Source: Podarcis erhardii
Lineage: Eukaryota
Reading direction: 5' to 3' (one strand)
DNA: 64,000 nt
NCBI GenBank assembly: GCA_964252035.1
Contig: OZ176206.1
Shown: piece after piece, positions 1 through 11,879 of the stretch
Position numbering within the stretch: the stretch's first letter is position 1
Layout of the letters: each line of letters begins with the position of its first letter
The notes under the pieces: generated by a model
Databases searched by the model: none
What the model was told of the DNA's origin: nothing
The model's input: only the letters and a program-made list of their open reading frames with translations
Made by a program: the position numbers and the translations under genes

Positions 1-929
1 TTCTCAGAATTCCCTGATTACTTTACAGGACCACCACATGTGGAAAAAGGGTCCCTCTAACTTCATTGCATTTCCAACATTTACCTTTTTCTTTTTTAAA
101 ACATTTTCACTAGTTTGGTAGGTGTTAAATACCATCTGTGGGTCATTTTCATCATATTTTCCTTTAATGTATAACACACCATAAAAATGATATTTACTGT
201 CCATAAATTATCCCACAGCTCATAATCAGTGTTATGACCCACATCCTGTGCCCATTTAATCATATTTGATTTCACAAATTCCTCTTTTGTATCCCACTCT
301 AGCAGCAGTTCGTACATTTTTGATAATACTTTTTCTTTTGTATCTAATAAATTTTTTGCAAATTGGGATTTTTGTTCTGCAAATCCATTTTTTATCAATC
401 TTATAAAGTTTGCTAATCTGATGTATCTGTAACCAATCTGTTAGTAATTTTTTTAGTTCCTTGGGGTTTTTCAACCTTGGTTTCTGTCCTGTAAGATCTA
501 AGATTTCTTTATATGTTAATCATTGTTTGTCCATATTTGTTCTTAATTTGACTTAGTGCCCTTTGCATTTCCATCATTGATATTGGAGTATTTAATATCT
601 TTGCATTTTCTTCTGATATTTGTCCAATTTACATTCTTCCAAATACTCCAATATCAATTCTGCGTTTTCTTGCTCTTTCTTAGAAAGGTCTATGTAGAAT
701 TTAACAAATGTGTGTCTTATCTCTTTTTGATTGATTATGGAGGTTCCATTTTTTAGCGGACTATGGATTATCCTTTTTTTCTTTTTCTTTCTTCAGTTGC
801 CAGGCTAATAACTTTCCTGGTTTATTTTGCAAATTCAAATCTCTTTTGTTTCATCGCTTTAATTTTCCTTTCTATATCTTGGTTAATTAGCATAGAGTAT
901 TGCGCTTGTAATATTTAATTCCTTGTAAT
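1..929 (-). mobile_element. L1-clade LINE, ORF2 3' part, frameshifted; continues past the left window edge
   Basis: Fragmented frames (KWAQDVGHN, LKENMMKMTHRWYLTP, FFHMWWSCK) correspond to the L1 ORF2 C-terminal Cys-rich region and are homologous to the copy at 5312-6289. Confidence 0.85.
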
Positions 930-1277
930 AGGGTGGTGCTGTGGTCAAACCACAGAGCCTAGGGTTTGCCAATCAGAAGGTCAGCAGTTTGAATCCCCGC
1001 AACAGGGTGAGCTCCCGTTGCTCAGTCCCTGCTCCTGTCAACCTAGCAGTTCGAAAGCACGTCAAAGTGCAAGTAGATAAATAGGTACCGCTCCAGCAGG
1101 AAGGTAAACGGCATTTCCGTGTGCTGCTCTGGTTCACCAGAAGTGGCTTAGTCATGCTGGCCACATGACCTGGAAGCTGTCTGTGGACAAACGCCAGCTC
1201 CCTCGGCCATTAAAGCGAGATGAGCGCCGCAACCCCAGAGTCGTCCGCGACTAGACTTAACGGTCAGGGGTCCCTTT
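930..1277 (+). mobile_element. Sauria SINE, near full length
   Basis: tRNA-like head (ggtgctgtggtcaaaccacagagcc...cagcagtttgaatcc), body gtgcaagtagataaataggtacc, tail ggggtcccttt. Homologous to 22616-22930 and 13565-13848. Confidence 0.85.
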
Positions 1278-1329
1278 GTTGTTGCTATGGAATGAAACAC
1301 AGACCTGCCCAGGAGAAGCATGTTTTAGG

Positions 1330-1500
1330 AACATAGGAAACCATTACATTGGACCATTGGTCCATTTAGCTCAGTATTGTCTACATTGACAGGCAGGAAC
1401 TCAGACAGTGATCACTTGCAGCCCTACTCAGAGATGTCAAGGATTGAACCTTTGCCCTTCTGCATGCAAGATCCTTTATCACTGAGCTACACTCCCTCCC
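1330..1500 (-). mobile_element. Squam3-type tRNA-derived SINE
   Basis: taggaacataggaa...ggattgaacctttgcccttctgcatgcaag...actgagcta, the reverse of the family head. Confidence 0.7.
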
Positions 1501-2859
1501 CAATCAGGTTTATGTTGCCAAAATTCCACACACATATCTTTTCATTTAGGCCTTTCCCAGCTCTAATTGCTTGGTTGAACTGCTTAGTAGTTGCCTTTTT
1601 AAAAAGTTTCTTGAGCATTTTGACTTTCTGCTATATGGGATATTTTTAGTTGATATTATCCATAGTTATTTTCATCAATGTTATGTTTTAATGTATTATT
1701 TAGAATTTTGACTTTTTTAATGGAAATGGTATTGAGATTTTTTTAAAAATAGTAAATTGATTAAATAAATAAATAGTCCAGAATGTGTGAATTAGGGCAG
1801 CTTGCTTTAAAGTGCAGACTGAACAAAATTCTGAGTGGTGACCATCTATTTAGAAGGGAATTTTTTTTTCCTGGAGCAGTGTGAGAATAGACGAAGAGTT
1901 GTAGCATTAAAAACCTTTTTTGGAAAAATATTCTAAGAGTTTGAAATCTCTGTATTCAACCTGAGCTGTTTGCAAATCAAAGGGGCGGAGCTATTTGCTG
2001 AACTCTCCTGCCATCTGCTCGCAGTGAGCCCCTGCCTGTTTTCCACCTACATTTACAAAGTTAGTAAAATTTCAGTTGTTCCTTTCTTCCGGGCAAATGA
2101 GTCTGGCGTTCCATTTGCTGTAAGCCAGGCCCCAAGCAAAGTGGGCTTCTCTGGCCTGTATAGATGGTGGCAAATTAAGAAAATGTGTGCCATCTTTCTT
2201 ATTCTGCCTTCTGCTTTTGCTGTTGATACGGGAGGGACAAGGAGCTAGGCAGTGGGTCCTAGTCCATTCAGATGAATAGGGATATTCCCCATCAACCTCG
2301 GTCTTCTCTCAGTGTGAATAAAAATGCATATGTTAGTGAAAAGCAGCATATGAAAGTACATTACATTAAGGAAAATTGTTCTGCAAATATGTGTGGATAA
2401 GTGAATTTGAGATTGGGGAAATGAGAAACAGAGAGAAACCAAAATGTTGCCCATCCCTGGCAAAAACACATCTGTGAGAGAGAGATGCAAAAAGAGCTAT
2501 TGTGAAGGCAGGGAAGAAAAGGCAGGCGTTATGATCTCAGTGGCCATGGACTTTGCCCATCTCATAAACCCAGTTGCACTGACTTTACTGTGTGACGCAT
2601 CTGTCAGTTTATGAGCTGGGGGAGCTGCTGGCTCATCTCCTGCCCAAGCTCTTACTTGGACTTTTGGCTGTACTTTCCGTCCCTTGTTCTTTATCAACAC
2701 TGCAGCAAACAGTTTGCAGGGGCCGACGGGGAACTCTTTGGCAACGGAATGCAATAAATCTCGGAGGATTCCAAGACCTGGGTCCCATTTGCCAATTAAG
2801 CAAGCCATGCCCTCCAATTCTTAAAGGATGCTTTCTTGAAAATGGTGGGCGGGAAATGG

Positions 2860-3285
2860 GTAGGGAGAACCTCTCTCATGATACGAGAACCCACTGGGGC
2901 CATCCACTGAAGCTGAAGCTTGGAAGCTTCCGGACAGATGCAAAGAAGCACTTATTCACACAACACACAGTTAACCTTTGGAATTCACTACCACAAGATT
3001 CAGTGATGGTCATAAACCTGGGTGGCTTTAAAGGGGGTATAGACAAATTCATGGGTGGTGGTGGTTAAGGCTATCAGTGGCTACTGACCACAGTGGCTAT
3101 GTTCTTTCTCCATGGTTGGAGGCAGCGTGCTTCTAAATACCAGTTGCTTGGAATCACAAATAGAGAGAGTGCTGCTGTGCTGAGGTCCTGCTTGTATGAG
3201 GGGCATCTGGCTGGCCACAGTGAGAACATGATGCTGGAGTAGATGGGCCATCAGCCTGCTTCGGCAGGTCTCTTATGTTCTTATG
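2860..3285 (+). mobile_element. CR1 LINE 3' end
   Basis: GHPLKL...FRTDAKKHLFTQHTVNLWNSLP...FKGGIDKFM is the CR1 ORF2 C-terminus; 3' UTR ends tcttatgttcttatg. Confidence 0.85.
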
Positions 3286-3724
3286 AAGCAGATCACTGAT
3301 CTGTCTACCTCAGTAGCATCTTCAATGATTCGCAACAGCTCTGCAGGGTTTCAGTCTTTCCCAGATCTCCTGGCAATTGCTAGAGCCCAAAACTGGGACA
3401 TTTTGCATACAAGGTAGCAATGGGCACAAGACCAAATTCTGACTGGTTCCAGTTCTGCAGAGTTCTACAGTACTGCCTGCATTGTTCTGGTTCCATGTGG
3501 ATATTTTAGGAGGAATATGCACAAATCTTTTTTTTTAAAAAAAAAAACCCTCAAACCTCTGCATGAAACTTTTTTAATTTAAAAAATGCATACACTTAGA
3601 AGGTGGTCTGAGATCTTCCTCTCTTGTCTGTTGTTGGTTCCATGGGGGCAGCTACGTTTTTCCCTGTACAACCCCACTGAAAATGGTGGCACAACTTGCA
3701 TTGCTCCCAAGGGAACTTGTTCTA

Positions 3725-4200
3725 GGTTTGTTACATTTGTATGTCGCTTCCCACTACAAAAAAAGTCCCCAAAGCGATTTACAACACAAGTAAAAAATAA
3801 AAACACCATGAAAATGATGAAAGCATGTTAAAAACATACTCAGAATATTAACATGGGTTCATCCCTATTGTAATCACCGCACCCAACTGGAGATGAACAC
3901 CAAAACAAAACAAACATCCAATGATTGGGGCAGCCAGAATGCATGGAGGAGAGAGAAAATATCTGTGCCTAGTACCAAAATAATAACAAAGCAGGTATCA
4001 GGCAGGTCTCCTTGGAGAAAGCATTGCAATAATCAGGGGCTATTACAGAAAAGGCCTGTTCTCTTGTTGCCACCTGCTGGACCTCCCTTGGCGGTGGCAC
4101 TCAGAGGAGAGCCTCAGATTATGGGCAGGTGGTAAAAGGTAGGGAAAGATACGTGGAAAGGTGGTCCTTTAGGGATAGGGATCCTCTCTGGCTTTCCAAA
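3725..4200 (-). mobile_element. L2 LINE 3' fragment, degraded
   Basis: Homologous in reverse to 20310-20680 (aaaaggcctgttctcttgttgccacc...ggacc). Confidence 0.6.
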
Positions 4201-5311
4201 TAGGGCAGGGGTGGGCAGCTTCTGGCCTGCATGCAGACTTTAGTCTAATTTCAAAATTATCCTGCATGTTCAGAGCTTTGGCAAGTGTGTTATTCATTCA
4301 TTCATTCATTCATTCAAGTATTGTATACCACCAAAACACACCCAATATAACATGGTGATGTATTAAACACCATTAAAAAGTGCAATATGATTACAGGGAC
4401 TGGCTGATAATAAAAAAAAAATAGACAGGTGCAGAGGCCTGTCTACATAAAAAAGGCCTCCCTGAGTCAGCTGAAAGTAAAAAGTGAGGGTACCTGTTAG
4501 ATCTATGTTGGGAGAGGGTTTTGGAACCTGAGACTGGCAGGCTTCTGTGGCACAAGGGGCAACCAGCAGCCTGCTGGGTAAGGAGAAATGGGAGGAGAAA
4601 AGGGGGATCTGGAAAGACACAGTGAGAAGGGGGGTTCTGCCCACATTGGCCCTTGGACCAGCCCACCACTCGGATCTGCCCTCCACTGACAGATAGCCTC
4701 CACCCTTGGTGCAGGGGTAGGAACATACTGAAGATCAAAACAGAAAGGTGCCTTGTACCAAGACAAAGCATTCTTGATCCATCTAGCACAGCTTTTATCT
4801 GCTCTGATGGGCAGCAGTGTGTAAATCTAGATTATTTTACTGTACGGGGCTTTCATAAAATTAAAAACAAAACAAAAAAGAAGAAGCCAAACCTCTCCAA
4901 AATCTGGGCATCATTCATTTCACTGACTCCCTTCAGCATGTGCATATATTAAGGATTAAGGGATTAAAAAACCAGTCTGTTTCCAGCTGCCCAGAGCTGA
5001 GTCATTGATTTATGACCCATCCAGGCAAGCTGGCAGCTGTTTTTCCACCCCTCTTGCAGGAAAGTAAGCCTCTTTTCCAGCTACTATGAGGATTGATAGA
5101 CTTAATTATCAACTCCCAAGTCTTCACTAAGATGGGATGGAGGGACTTGTTTACTGCCAGGACTCCAAATAAAACAAATCAGTAAATCTTGCTCAGATCC
5201 TCTAGCCTAGCTAGAAAGTGCACTGGAGCAACATCGGTGCCATTTCCAAAAATCTTGTGCAAAGCATTTTATTAAGCATGCTGGGTGCAAAGGTATGGGT
5301 GCCTAAATCTC

Positions 5312-6289
5312 TTTTTTTATTATTATTATTTCTCTTTATTAAGTTTCATTCTTCACATACTCACAAAAAAGTAAAACACAAAACATTAAATAAAAAATAT
5401 AAGGGCACCATTGCAAAAAGTAAAAAAAAAGAAAAAAGAAAAAGGGACAGGTCAGAAAAGAGAAAAAATAAAAAAGATAGAGATAAAAAATAAACATTAG
5501 ACCAATACAAATCACACGCTATCTGACTTCCTTCCCTATTGATTTCGGATTTCTGATTTTTTTTACAATATCGCTTTTACCGCTGATGTTGATTGTTAGT
5601 TTGCACATCGGAAGTTTTATATTAGACCTGCTATAGTTGGTAGGTTTTTAAAGTTAGTTTCTATATATGCCATGAATTTAGACCAATCGTTTTTCAACTT
5701 TGTATTCTTTTGTTCTCTAATTCTCTGCGTCATTTTTGCCAATTCAACAAAATCGTATAGTTTTGTTTGCCACTCCCTTACGGTTGGTATATGCGTGCTT
5801 TTCCAATTTTGAGCGATTAACATTCTGGCCGCTGCCGTTGAATATTGGAATAAAGTTTTATCTTCTTTCTTAATTTCCTCCCCAATCATACCTAATAAAA
5901 AGGCCTCTGGTTTTTTAGGGAACGTGTATCTAAATATTTTTTTCAATTCATCATATATCATGTTCCAGAATTTTTTCATTTCCTCACATGTCCACCACAT
6001 GTGTATAAAGTTACCTTCTTTTATTTTGCATTTCCAGCAGGCCTTATTACCAGTCTTATACATTCTATTTAGTTTCTCTGGTGTTATATACCATCTGTAT
6101 ATCATCTTCTCTAAATTTTCTCTGATTGCAACACTCGCCGTAAATTTTATTCCCTCATTCCACAGCTTTGACCATTTTTCAAATTCTATGTTATGCCCCA
6201 GGTCTATCGCCCACTTCACCATAACTTCCTTAATTTCTTCGTCTTTTGTATCCCAATCTAACAATATATTATACATTTTGGATAGTAAC
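5312..6289 (-). mobile_element. 5'-truncated L1-clade LINE with intact 219-aa ORF2 C-terminus, 3' UTR, A-rich tail and 18-bp TSD
   Basis: ORF 5617-6276 with CWKC..H.WWTC. Exact repeat TATGGGTGCCTAAATCTC at 5294-5311 and 6290-6307. (TAT)n/T7 tail at 5312-5330. Confidence 0.93.
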
Positions 6290-6770
6290 TATGGGTGCCT
6301 AAATCTCATCGATCACCATAAGATTTTCCAAGCCATGCTGTAGTGTGGTCTGTCATGAGTTCCAAACTGTCTTGTTTGCTTGTTGTTCTTGCAATTACGT
6401 TGTTCAAGAACTAAAGAGTCAGCAAACTAGCTCCATCGGCTCAATGAAGTTTTAGACTTATTTTTCTTCAGCAGCAGCACTCCCCATGGCGAATCACAAA
6501 CTGAAGGGAGCATTAAACATGGCCAGTATGATGTAGTGATCAGAGCACCCATCCCCAGCCTGTCACCTTCTGGGTGTTTTGGACTTCAATTTCCACCAGG
6601 CCCTTCTGGGTGGAGGCTAATGAAAGTTGTAGTCCGAAACATCTGGAGGGAGCCGGCTAAGCAGGTCAGTTCCTGGATGGGAAATCCCCAGAAAGCCTTA
6701 CTTTGAGTTCTGCTAAGGAAGAAAGATAGGGTAGCATTTTTATTTATTTTTTAAATGAAGCTCGGAGCTG

Positions 6771-6821
6771 AGGAAGGAAGGAAGGAAGGAAGGAAGGAAG
6801 GAAGGAAGGAAGGAAGGAAGA
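6771..6821. repeat. (GGAA)n microsatellite
   Basis: Seen directly. Confidence 0.95.
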
Positions 6822-9800
6822 AGTCCAAAATTGAACTGGGCTAGTGTAAGCCTTGTGTGTGAACTCTGATAAGTCCCACTGTGTTGCCTATTTACAAGTA
6901 CAGCTGGACAAACCCTCAGAGGTCTAGTAACCGTTCTAGGGTTTTGCAAGCACCTTGTGCTTATTTCTGCCTACATACCTATCCTGGGAATTTCTGCATC
7001 AGCTTTTAAAAGCAGCTTCCCATTTATTCCTAGGCAGTAATCTAAATATTTTATATATACACACACACAGCCTCTGCTAATGCAAGACTTGGCTGGATTC
7101 CACACATTCTATGTGCACGAGAATCTTAAGAGAAAAGCAACAGTGGGCAGCTCTTTCCTTTGACTATTAAGCAGAATAGGCCCTCCTTTAAATAAGAATG
7201 TGATTAGCTATCTCATTGTTTCCTGCTTTTCTTTATTTCTGGGAATCACCATCGTAGAGATAACGGGGCGTTTAGTTGCCACCACATTCATTCATTCCCT
7301 TTACCTTTCAGAGGTACCAGGCAATGGGACTGTTGCACATAGGGATGATTGGACCTATAAAAGTCTGATCCATCCCAGTTTTCAGAGAGGATGGGACTAA
7401 GTCTGCCTCATCCTGTTTCCAGGCAAATTTGTAATGGAAAATCCTTTAAAATCTGCCTGGAGAAATGAACAGGAGGGAGGTATCAGAAGATTCAAGGGAA
7501 CTCCCATGGTTTGCAGAAGTATACAAAATATATTTAAGGGATAAAACAATAAATGGGGGGAAGGACCCCAGAACACCCAATTGGGGGTAGAGGTGCTGGC
7601 TATTTGCAGATTAGTTGCACTGCAGAAGGCGTGCTAGGGAGACCGCACATGCAGGAAACGCAAAATAACTTTTGCTAGGTTTTAATAACAATAACAAACA
7701 CTCCTTTTGCACTAAATTACAATATATCAATAACCCATCCACCAGGGTATTGAGAGAGCTCCATGCTGCTCTTTATATACCATACCCAACAGCTTAATTG
7801 CCACAGCTTAACAGCACCTGCTATACTGCTTCACAGCTGTAAAACTAGGTCACGTTATTTGCTCTGGCCTTTAAAGAAATACACATCTTGTGGAACAAGA
7901 ATGAACCTTAAAATTTAAAGAGACCATTCAAGAAGAGGGTGCTTCCTGGCCACACTGAATGCTGACTGAATGCTGGAAGGTTGAGAAGGAAGCTTGGGGA
8001 GAACAGAATGGAATGGAGTATCATGGACAAGAGCACAGCCAGCAAGGCCTGCTGGAACCCTGAACTGGAGCACTATTAACACAAACATTTTGCCTTGTAT
8101 TTCTTTAGCATCTGCATTTGATGCCCAATTATTTCAGTGACTGTAGTCCTGCCAAATGACCAGGAAAAAAACAAACTGCCTTGCTCCTCTACCTTTAAAC
8201 AGATGTGTCTTGTCTGCTAAAACCTGCAGGTGAAATTCTTTTGCACAGAGCTTAAATCTGGTGGGGAACATCAGGCCTGGGGGCTGAATGCAGCCCTCCA
8301 GTCCTCCCTATCTGGCCCTCTGTAGTTTGCCAAGGCCACACTCCCTTGCTGGCTTTGCTTCACACCCAGAGTATTTTTGACTTACTGGAATGTGCCCTTG
8401 AACTCTTATAGTGCCGCTTGTTTGCTTGCTTGCAGGAAAAGAGGCACTTGTGAGAGTGTGTAGAAATTAGCTTACCGTATAAGGGTAGAATTTGCATTAG
8501 TTGCTCTGCCCACTTTTGCCTCTGGTCCCACCCCCCACTGATATGTGGCCCTGGAAACAGTTGCCCAGAATGGAATCTTGGGCTGAAAAGGGTTCCCCCC
8601 TCTGCTTAAATCATCACCTGCTGATTGCTGGACCATGGTGTGCTTTTAAAGGGATAGCTATGGGTTAGACCAAAATGGACAACTCTACAATATTTGTGTG
8701 CAATGGCATTTAGTTTTTGGCAAGCCAATATTTTTCTTTTTAAAGCCATCTAAGATAGTAGCTTACTCCACATCTTGTGGCAGAGAGTTCCACAAGTTGC
8801 TGTGTTATGCCACCAGGCACTCCAAGCAGTGAGGGTGGATGGAAGGAACCAGCGAGTGATTAGAGCTAGTTCCATTAACATTTCATACTTACATTTAATT
8901 CTGTTTTAGCGTGCTTAAATAATATATTAACATAGCATAGCTGCTTTGTAAAGTACAATAAATCTCTGCAGGCAAGAGGGCAAGAATGCCAACTCATAAA
9001 AAGGGATTTCTGTAAATCTTGTTCGACCCCAGTTTGAAGCCAAATATGCAGCAGGCAGTCAGCACATCGGAGAGAAGAAAATGCATTTCCAAAGCTTTGA
9101 GGAGAATGTGCCTTTTTGTCTTGCCCTCAAGTGTCCTTGAAAGGCAGCACCTGTGTTCTCAGCTTAGCAAGAGGCAAGGTGGAAAGTCTGTTTTTGAAAA
9201 TGTATTGCATATGATTTACTAGCATTCTGTAGTCACTAACTAAATGCCTACCAGAGGGTTAAAATACATAAGAAAATGAGGCTCTAAGGGATAAAACATA
9301 AAAAAGCAAAGTCCTGTCAGGTCTGGCCCATCACAGTCCAGCATCATGCTCGTATGGTGGCCAAACAAATGCTTCAGCAGGAATTCCGCAAGCAGGAGCA
9401 GAGAGCAACAGCCCTCCCTTGTGATTCTCAGGGCTAGAATTCGGAGGAAATCATTTGCATCCTTTTACAAAAGGAAATTGTTAGGTGCAGAGGGACCCAA
9501 TTTTCATTGCAAGTGCACCTAAGGAAGGGGTGCCACTTTCTTCATCCGTTGTGGCCCTGAGAAAAACCTCCCCAATGGACAGCCCTGAAAGAGACACTCT
9601 CACTGGTGATTGCTGGGCAGCATATCATGTTGTGCTGGGCAGAAGGCTGCTCACACTTTTCAAGAACTGCGACCCAGCCCTGTGAAAAAAGCTGTAGTTT
9701 TTCTGCCTCTTTTGCGAGGGGCAGAGAAAAGAAATCCTCTGGGGTGTAGGATTTTGGCACAGAACCTGCCTTAATTTTACAAGTCTGGTGAGGGCTGGGT

Positions 9801-10459
9801 GTGTATTTGTCCTTTAACTTCAGGGGGGGGGAACCATGCTCTCTGGACAGCTGTTTATAGCTTCACTGGCTGCCCATGCTTCCTAAAATGCACTTCCCAA
9901 TAGGACCCATTTGTGCCTGAGAACAATGCAAAAATGTAGAAGTAAAAGGGGAAATAAATCTTCACATCGCTTTCAGTTGCTCCAGAGGTCGCCTTATCAA
10001 CGCCAGTGCCCACAATTGCTTCCCCCTTGTCCTTGTCTGCGTAAGGGCCTACAAATCTCACTTGGGGCAAGAGGAGGCAGTGCAATTGGGTAATTTTAGA
10101 CTCTAGAATTAATGGTCTTATTGGGAGGGTGGTGACTAAGCCTGCAAAGTTACGCTCCTTGTTGAGGTTACTGATTGATTGTAGGCTCTACCAACATTTC
10201 TGTCCATCTCATTGTTCCCCAGTGAAAGATCAACTTGAAATCAAGAGCAAATGTGAGACGTGCCTTCTGGCAACATCACTTCCAAAGGCTCCCCCCCCCC
10301 GACCCTTTGGGTAGTATAATATGCCTGACTTGTTGGGCACAAGGGGAGCCTGGATAATGAAGTCAGAGCAGGCACAAGATTGGTGCAAGTTTCACCCTGC
10401 TAGAGGAACAGAAAAGGGTTGTCAGGGAGTAGAGAGAGAAAATGGTAGTCTTCCTGCCA

Positions 10460-10620
10460 TCACAGAACCGTAAGAACATAAGAAGAACCCTGCTGGATCA
10501 GGCTCATTTACTCCAGCATCCTGTTCCCAAGGGGGCCAACCAGATGTCCATTATGGGATGCCCACATGCAGAAGAGCAATAGCAACACCCCTCCCCCCCT
10601 TTGTGATGTCCAGCAACTGA
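10460..10620 (-). mobile_element. CR1 LINE 3' UTR fragment
   Basis: taagaacataagaagaaccctgctggatcagg is the reverse of the CR1 tail seen at 3240-3285. Confidence 0.7.
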
Positions 10621-10800
10621 TTAAGAGTGAAGATAGAATGCAGCTACTTTCAACCCTGCAGCAAACCTTGAAATGAATGATTGAGTGAGGTGCCTTTGCA
10701 GGAGAGTTCATCAAACACGACATGTTGCCTGTTTGGTTCCTGCATGAAAAGGTGGATTATAGATGCTTTGCCACTCAACAGAAATCCTTTAAAGTATATA

Positions 10801-11042
10801 CAGTGGTACCTTGGTTCTCGAATGGCTTGGCTCCTGAACAAATCGGCTCCCAAACACCACAAACCCGGAAGTAAGTGTTCCGGTTTGTGAACGTTTTTTG
10901 GAAGCCAAACGTCTGACACGGCTTCTGCTTACGTGCAGGAAGCTCCTGCAGCCAATCAGAAGCCGCACCTTGGTTTTCAAACAGTTTCAGGAGTCAAAAG
11001 GACTTCCAGAACCGATTAGGTACGAAAACCAAGGTATCACTG
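10801..11042. mobile_element. Tc1/pogo (Tigger-like) MITE
   Basis: TA|CAGTGGTACCTTGGTT ... AACCAAGGTATCACTG|TA: terminal inverted repeats with TA duplication. Confidence 0.88.
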
Positions 11043-11146
11043 TAGTCAAAGATACTCAGTGGTAAGGAAGTCATAATGCAGGATCAAACCCGGAACCATA
11101 GGAAAGAAATGTCAAGCCAAATGTTAAGAAGATAATTATCTGAAAA

Positions 11147-11220
11147 CAATGAATGAATGAATGAATGAATGAATGAATCTTTATTTGCGTCAGCCATCGG
11201 CCATAGCAATAAAACAACAA
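11147..11220 (-). mobile_element. Extreme 3' end of a LINE with (ATTC)n tail
   Basis: (GAAT)n then ctttatttgcgtcagccatcggccatagcaataaaac, the reverse of the tail at 54175-54225. Confidence 0.65.
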
Positions 11221-11803
11221 TACCTGAACAGAGCCCTGCTGCTGGATCAGGCCAAAAGCCCATCTAGTTCAGCATCCTGGTCTCAGGTGCCTCCTCTGGT
11301 CCAAAAGCAAGACCATGGCTAGGAGTCCTTCATGAAGTTCATTTAAGGTTCACCTATTGTCCTCTTCTCATGCTCCCACTGAAAATGGGCTCTCAGGCTC
11401 CCCTCTGGCAAAGAGGAGAGCTGTGTGTGTGTCTGCGTTCTGGATTTTCTTCTCTTTTCGTTGCACTATAGTGCAAGGGTGCCCCTCCAGATGGTATTTG
11501 TGTTGTAACATTGGGGAAGCATCACAATACAAGTAATAAAGCAGTATGATATGTGGATGGTCTCGTATAAAGCTATCACCAATGCACTATTATTGCATCA
11601 AGGGCATGTTGCAAAATGCACCTAAAACCCCCCAAGAAGAACAACCAGTGCCTCTTCTACTCTGAGAACAGTTATGCTTACCTGAGACCTTTGCTACAAA
11701 AAAAAATAGTTCTCATGTTTTATCTGCAGTTAATGGGTTTTGATCCTGAAAGGCCTGATGGTTGTCCATTAACCCTTCTGTTCCTCTCTTATTTTCCTTC
11801 CAG

Positions 11804-11879
11804 GTGCAAGTGGGAAGTACACCTCAGGACCAAAGAATTGTGGGATACATTTCCTGCACTCACTTGCAAGCTCTGGCAG
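11804..11879 (+). CDS. SMPD3: SMPD3 (nSMase2) internal coding exon, VQVGSTPQDQRIVGYISCTHLQALA-G (76 bp; human exon 4 equivalent)
   Basis: Not in the ORF track; found by reading. Acceptor ttttccttccag|GTG, donor GCAG|gtaccg. Translation matches the nSMase2 segment with the conserved THL motif. Phase 0 in, phase 1 out. Confidence 0.96.

Noticed and set aside
2497-2817. 106-aa minus-strand ORF in SMPD3 intron
   Set aside because: Non-ATG start, antisense, no recognisable motif.
6679-6688. Isolated kappaB consensus GGGAAATCCC
   Set aside because: Single 10-mer next to a MITE remnant with no supporting motif cluster.
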